This document shows, piece after piece, positions 62,112 to 64,000 of a stretch of 64,000 nucleotides of DNA. Numbering within the stretch: the stretch's first letter is position 1; each line of letters opens with the position of its first letter. The notes under the pieces were generated by a model. The model did not search any database. It was not told where the DNA came from and saw only the letters and a program-made list of their open reading frames with translations. The stretch comes from an uncultured Syntrophaceae bacterium. Lineage in GTDB: Bacteria; Desulfobacterota; Syntrophia; Syntrophales; Fen-1087. Both the position numbers and the translations under genes were made by a program. The DNA is taken from NCBI GenBank assembly GCA_964460245.1, contig CAYWTL010000002.1:1220-65219 (forward strand), written 5' to 3'.

Positions 62112-62489
62112 ATGAACCGGAACCACTTGCTGTACAAAAATCTCTGCGTCAAAAGCGCCGCGGAGAAGGGGCGGGGTGTCTTCGCGATGAATCCGATTCG
62201 CCGGGGCGCAATCGTCGAGGCGGCGCCGGTCATTGTCATACCGGATGAAGATATTGAATTAATAGATAAAACGGCGATTGCGGATTATTATTTCAAGTGG
62301 GGGGAATCCCATTTTGCATTGGTTCTGGGGTATGGCAGCCTGTATAATTTCTCCGAAACGCCGAATGTTTCCTTCGAAGCGGATTTCAACAGCCGGGTCA
62401 TGATCTTCCGGTCGATCCGCTCCATTCGAAAAGGCCAGGAACTGACCATCCATTATCAATGCGACCTCTGGTTCAATCCCGTCGATTGA
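62112..62489 (+). CDS. SET-domain protein (putative protein-lysine methyltransferase)
   Basis: VKSAAEKGRGVFA (GxG), YGSLYNFSETPNV (variant of the NHSxxPN motif), KGQELTIHY (ELxxxY). ATG 62112; GTG 62100 is the alternative. The core is markedly AT-richer than the flanks. Confidence 0.75.
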   Translation: MNRNHLLYKNLCVKSAAEKGRGVFAMNPIRRGAIVEAAPVIVIPDEDIELIDKTAIADYYFKWGESHFALVLGYGSLYNFSETPNVSFEADFNSRVMIFRSIRSIRKGQELTIHYQCDLWFNPVD

Positions 62490-62752
62490 GAACGAAGACG
62501 CATTCTTTTTTTTGTCCCGTCGGACACCGTTGCGCATTCCCATCCCTCCTTCCGGGGACGATCCCGTCCCTGCCGCTTCCCTCCCGGGAACCGGGTACTC
62601 CAAGATGATGAAATACGTGTTGAACGGCACTCGTTCTTCATGATATATTGACCTTGGTTGATCGTGCGACGCTACAACGCCCGAACCATCTTCACCCCAG
62701 CTCCCGCCGGCAGCGGCGCCGGCGCATTGTCGGGACTGTCTTGTTGGAACCA

Positions 62753-63814
62753 GTGATCAGGAGAAACAAAACGAGGTCTGTTTTTGTCGGCGGTATCCAG
62801 GTCGGTGGCGGTGCGCCCGTGACGGTGCAATCCATGACCTGTACCGACACGCGGGATGTGGGGGCAACCGTGGCGCAGATCGGGGCACTGGAAGATGCCG
62901 GTTGTGAAATCGTCCGGGTCGCCGTCCCGGACGTGGAGGCTGCGGCCGCAATCGCGGGCATTCGGAAAAAAATCCGCATTCCGCTGATCGCGGACATCCA
63001 CTTCAATCATCGGCTGGCCCTCGAGGCCATGAAGCACGGGGCGGACGGGATCCGCATCAACCCCGGCAACATGGCCGTGGACAAGCTCAAAACCGTTGTC
63101 CGGGCAGCGAAGTCCCGGGATGCGGCCATCCGGATCGGGATCAACGCCGGTTCCCTGGAAAAGGATCTGCTGGAACAACACGGCGGGCCCGTGCCGGATG
63201 CGCTGGTGGAAAGCGCCCTGAGATGCATGGACCTGTTCGAATCGATGAATTTCAGGAACGTCAAGCTGTCCTTGAAATCTTCCGATGTGCCGACCATGAT
63301 CGAGGCCTATCGCGCCATGGCCGAAAAGAGCGATTACCCGCTTCACCTCGGCGTCACGGAGGCGGGGACCTTGGTCAACGCCGCCGTCAAATCGGCCATT
63401 GGCATCGGCATCCTGCTGCACGAGGGGATCGGCGACACCATCCGCGTCTCCGTTACGGGGAGTCCCGTACTGGAAATCGGCGTCGCCTACGGTATCCTGC
63501 GGGCCTTGAACATCCGGAAAGTCGGGCCGGACATCATTTCCTGCCCCACCTGCGGACGTTGCGAAATCGATCTTTTCAGACTTTCCGGGGAGGTGGAGAA
63601 CCGGCTGGCCGGCCTGAGAAGCAATCTGAAAATCGCCCTCATGGGGTGCGTGGTCAACGGCCCGGGGGAGGCGGCGGAAGCGGACATCGGCATTGCCGGC
63701 GGCCGCGGTTCCGGCATTTTGTTTAAAAAGGGGAAGATGGTCCGAAAGCTCCGGGAGGAGGAGTTCGTCCCGGTTCTGATCGAAGAAATCGAAAGGATGA
63801 CATCGGGGAACTGA
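62753..63814 (+). CDS. ispG: 4-hydroxy-3-methylbut-2-en-1-yl diphosphate synthase (flavodoxin)
   Basis: RRNKTRSVFVGGIQVGGGAPVTVQSMT.TDT.D..ATV.QI..LE.AGCEIVRVAV..IPLIADIHF; Fe-S cysteines CPTCGRC..GCVVNGPGE. No ATG start: GTG 62753 chosen; TTG 62741 and 62744 are alternatives. Confidence 0.9.
   Translation: MIRRNKTRSVFVGGIQVGGGAPVTVQSMTCTDTRDVGATVAQIGALEDAGCEIVRVAVPDVEAAAAIAGIRKKIRIPLIADIHFNHRLALEAMKHGADGIRINPGNMAVDKLKTVVRAAKSRDAAIRIGINAGSLEKDLLEQHGGPVPDALVESALRCMDLFESMNFRNVKLSLKSSDVPTMIEAYRAMAEKSDYPLHLGVTEAGTLVNAAVKSAIGIGILLHEGIGDTIRVSVTGSPVLEIGVAYGILRALNIRKVGPDIISCPTCGRCEIDLFRLSGEVENRLAGLRSNLKIALMGCVVNGPGEAAEADIGIAGGRGSGILFKKGKMVRKLREEEFVPVLIEEIERMTSGN

Positions 63815-64000
<186 letters not shown>

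Noticed and set aside
60504-62126. 540-aa ORF antisense to the PurF-like gene; similar antisense ORFs lie at 52395..53894, 53707..54996 and 56004..57635
   Set aside because: All mirror strongly recognisable genes (purF-like, dxr, rseP, pssA/asd) and lack motifs, RBS context or plausible composition.

Overview
This is a dense, high-GC (about 58-60 % by eye) bacterial chromosomal segment. It has about 70 protein-coding genes, short intergenic gaps and many ATGA/4-nt translational couplings. I found no rRNA, tRNA, CRISPR array, transposase, phage/integrase island or recognisable defence, toxin-antitoxin or restriction genes, so it reads as core genome rather than an accessory island. All calls come from reading the ORF track and sequence motifs; no HMM or BLAST search could be run.

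Gene content, left to right:
- 1-7.7 kb, minus strand: an operon for a multi-subunit flavin/Fe-S oxidoreductase of the HydABC/Bfu (NuoE/NuoF/NuoG-like) type. It is preceded by five small GHKL-ATPase/PHP/DRTGG genes and interrupted by an opposite-strand J-domain gene.
- xerD, then a TPR membrane protein.
- The conserved kdsA-kdsC-lptC-lptA-lptB-rpoN-hpf-ptsN-hprK-rapZ block.
- An M23 peptidase, coaBC, a family-4 UDG, an NfeD/SPFH pair, an HAD phosphatase and a PBP5-type carboxypeptidase.
- hemW-lepA, adk, a ComEA-like secreted protein, an aminotransferase, acyP and ligA.
- A HIT protein, a LapA-like protein, a Mut7-C protein, mogA and an EF-G paralog.
- A two-subunit biotin carboxylase, then secA and argJ.
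- rpsB-tsf-pyrH-frr-uppS-cdsA-dxr-rseP, then tsaB, psd-pssA and asd-rsmD-coaD-aminotransferase.
- A Cys1-less PurF-like gene, a SET-domain gene, ispG and the start of proS.

The LPS transport genes, two-subunit carboxylase and bifurcating-type oxidoreductase suggest an anaerobic Gram-negative organism, possibly Desulfobacterota/syntroph-like. This is inference at low confidence.

The features most worth a second look:
- The uncharacterised GHKL/PHP/DRTGG cassette fused to the oxidoreductase operon.
- The NuoF-GltD fusion protein.
- The antisense J-domain gene splitting that operon.
- The divergent carboxyltransferase.
- The PurF-like protein lacking its catalytic cysteine, next to a low-GC SET-domain gene.

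I see no convincing evidence for a wholly new multi-gene system beyond these.
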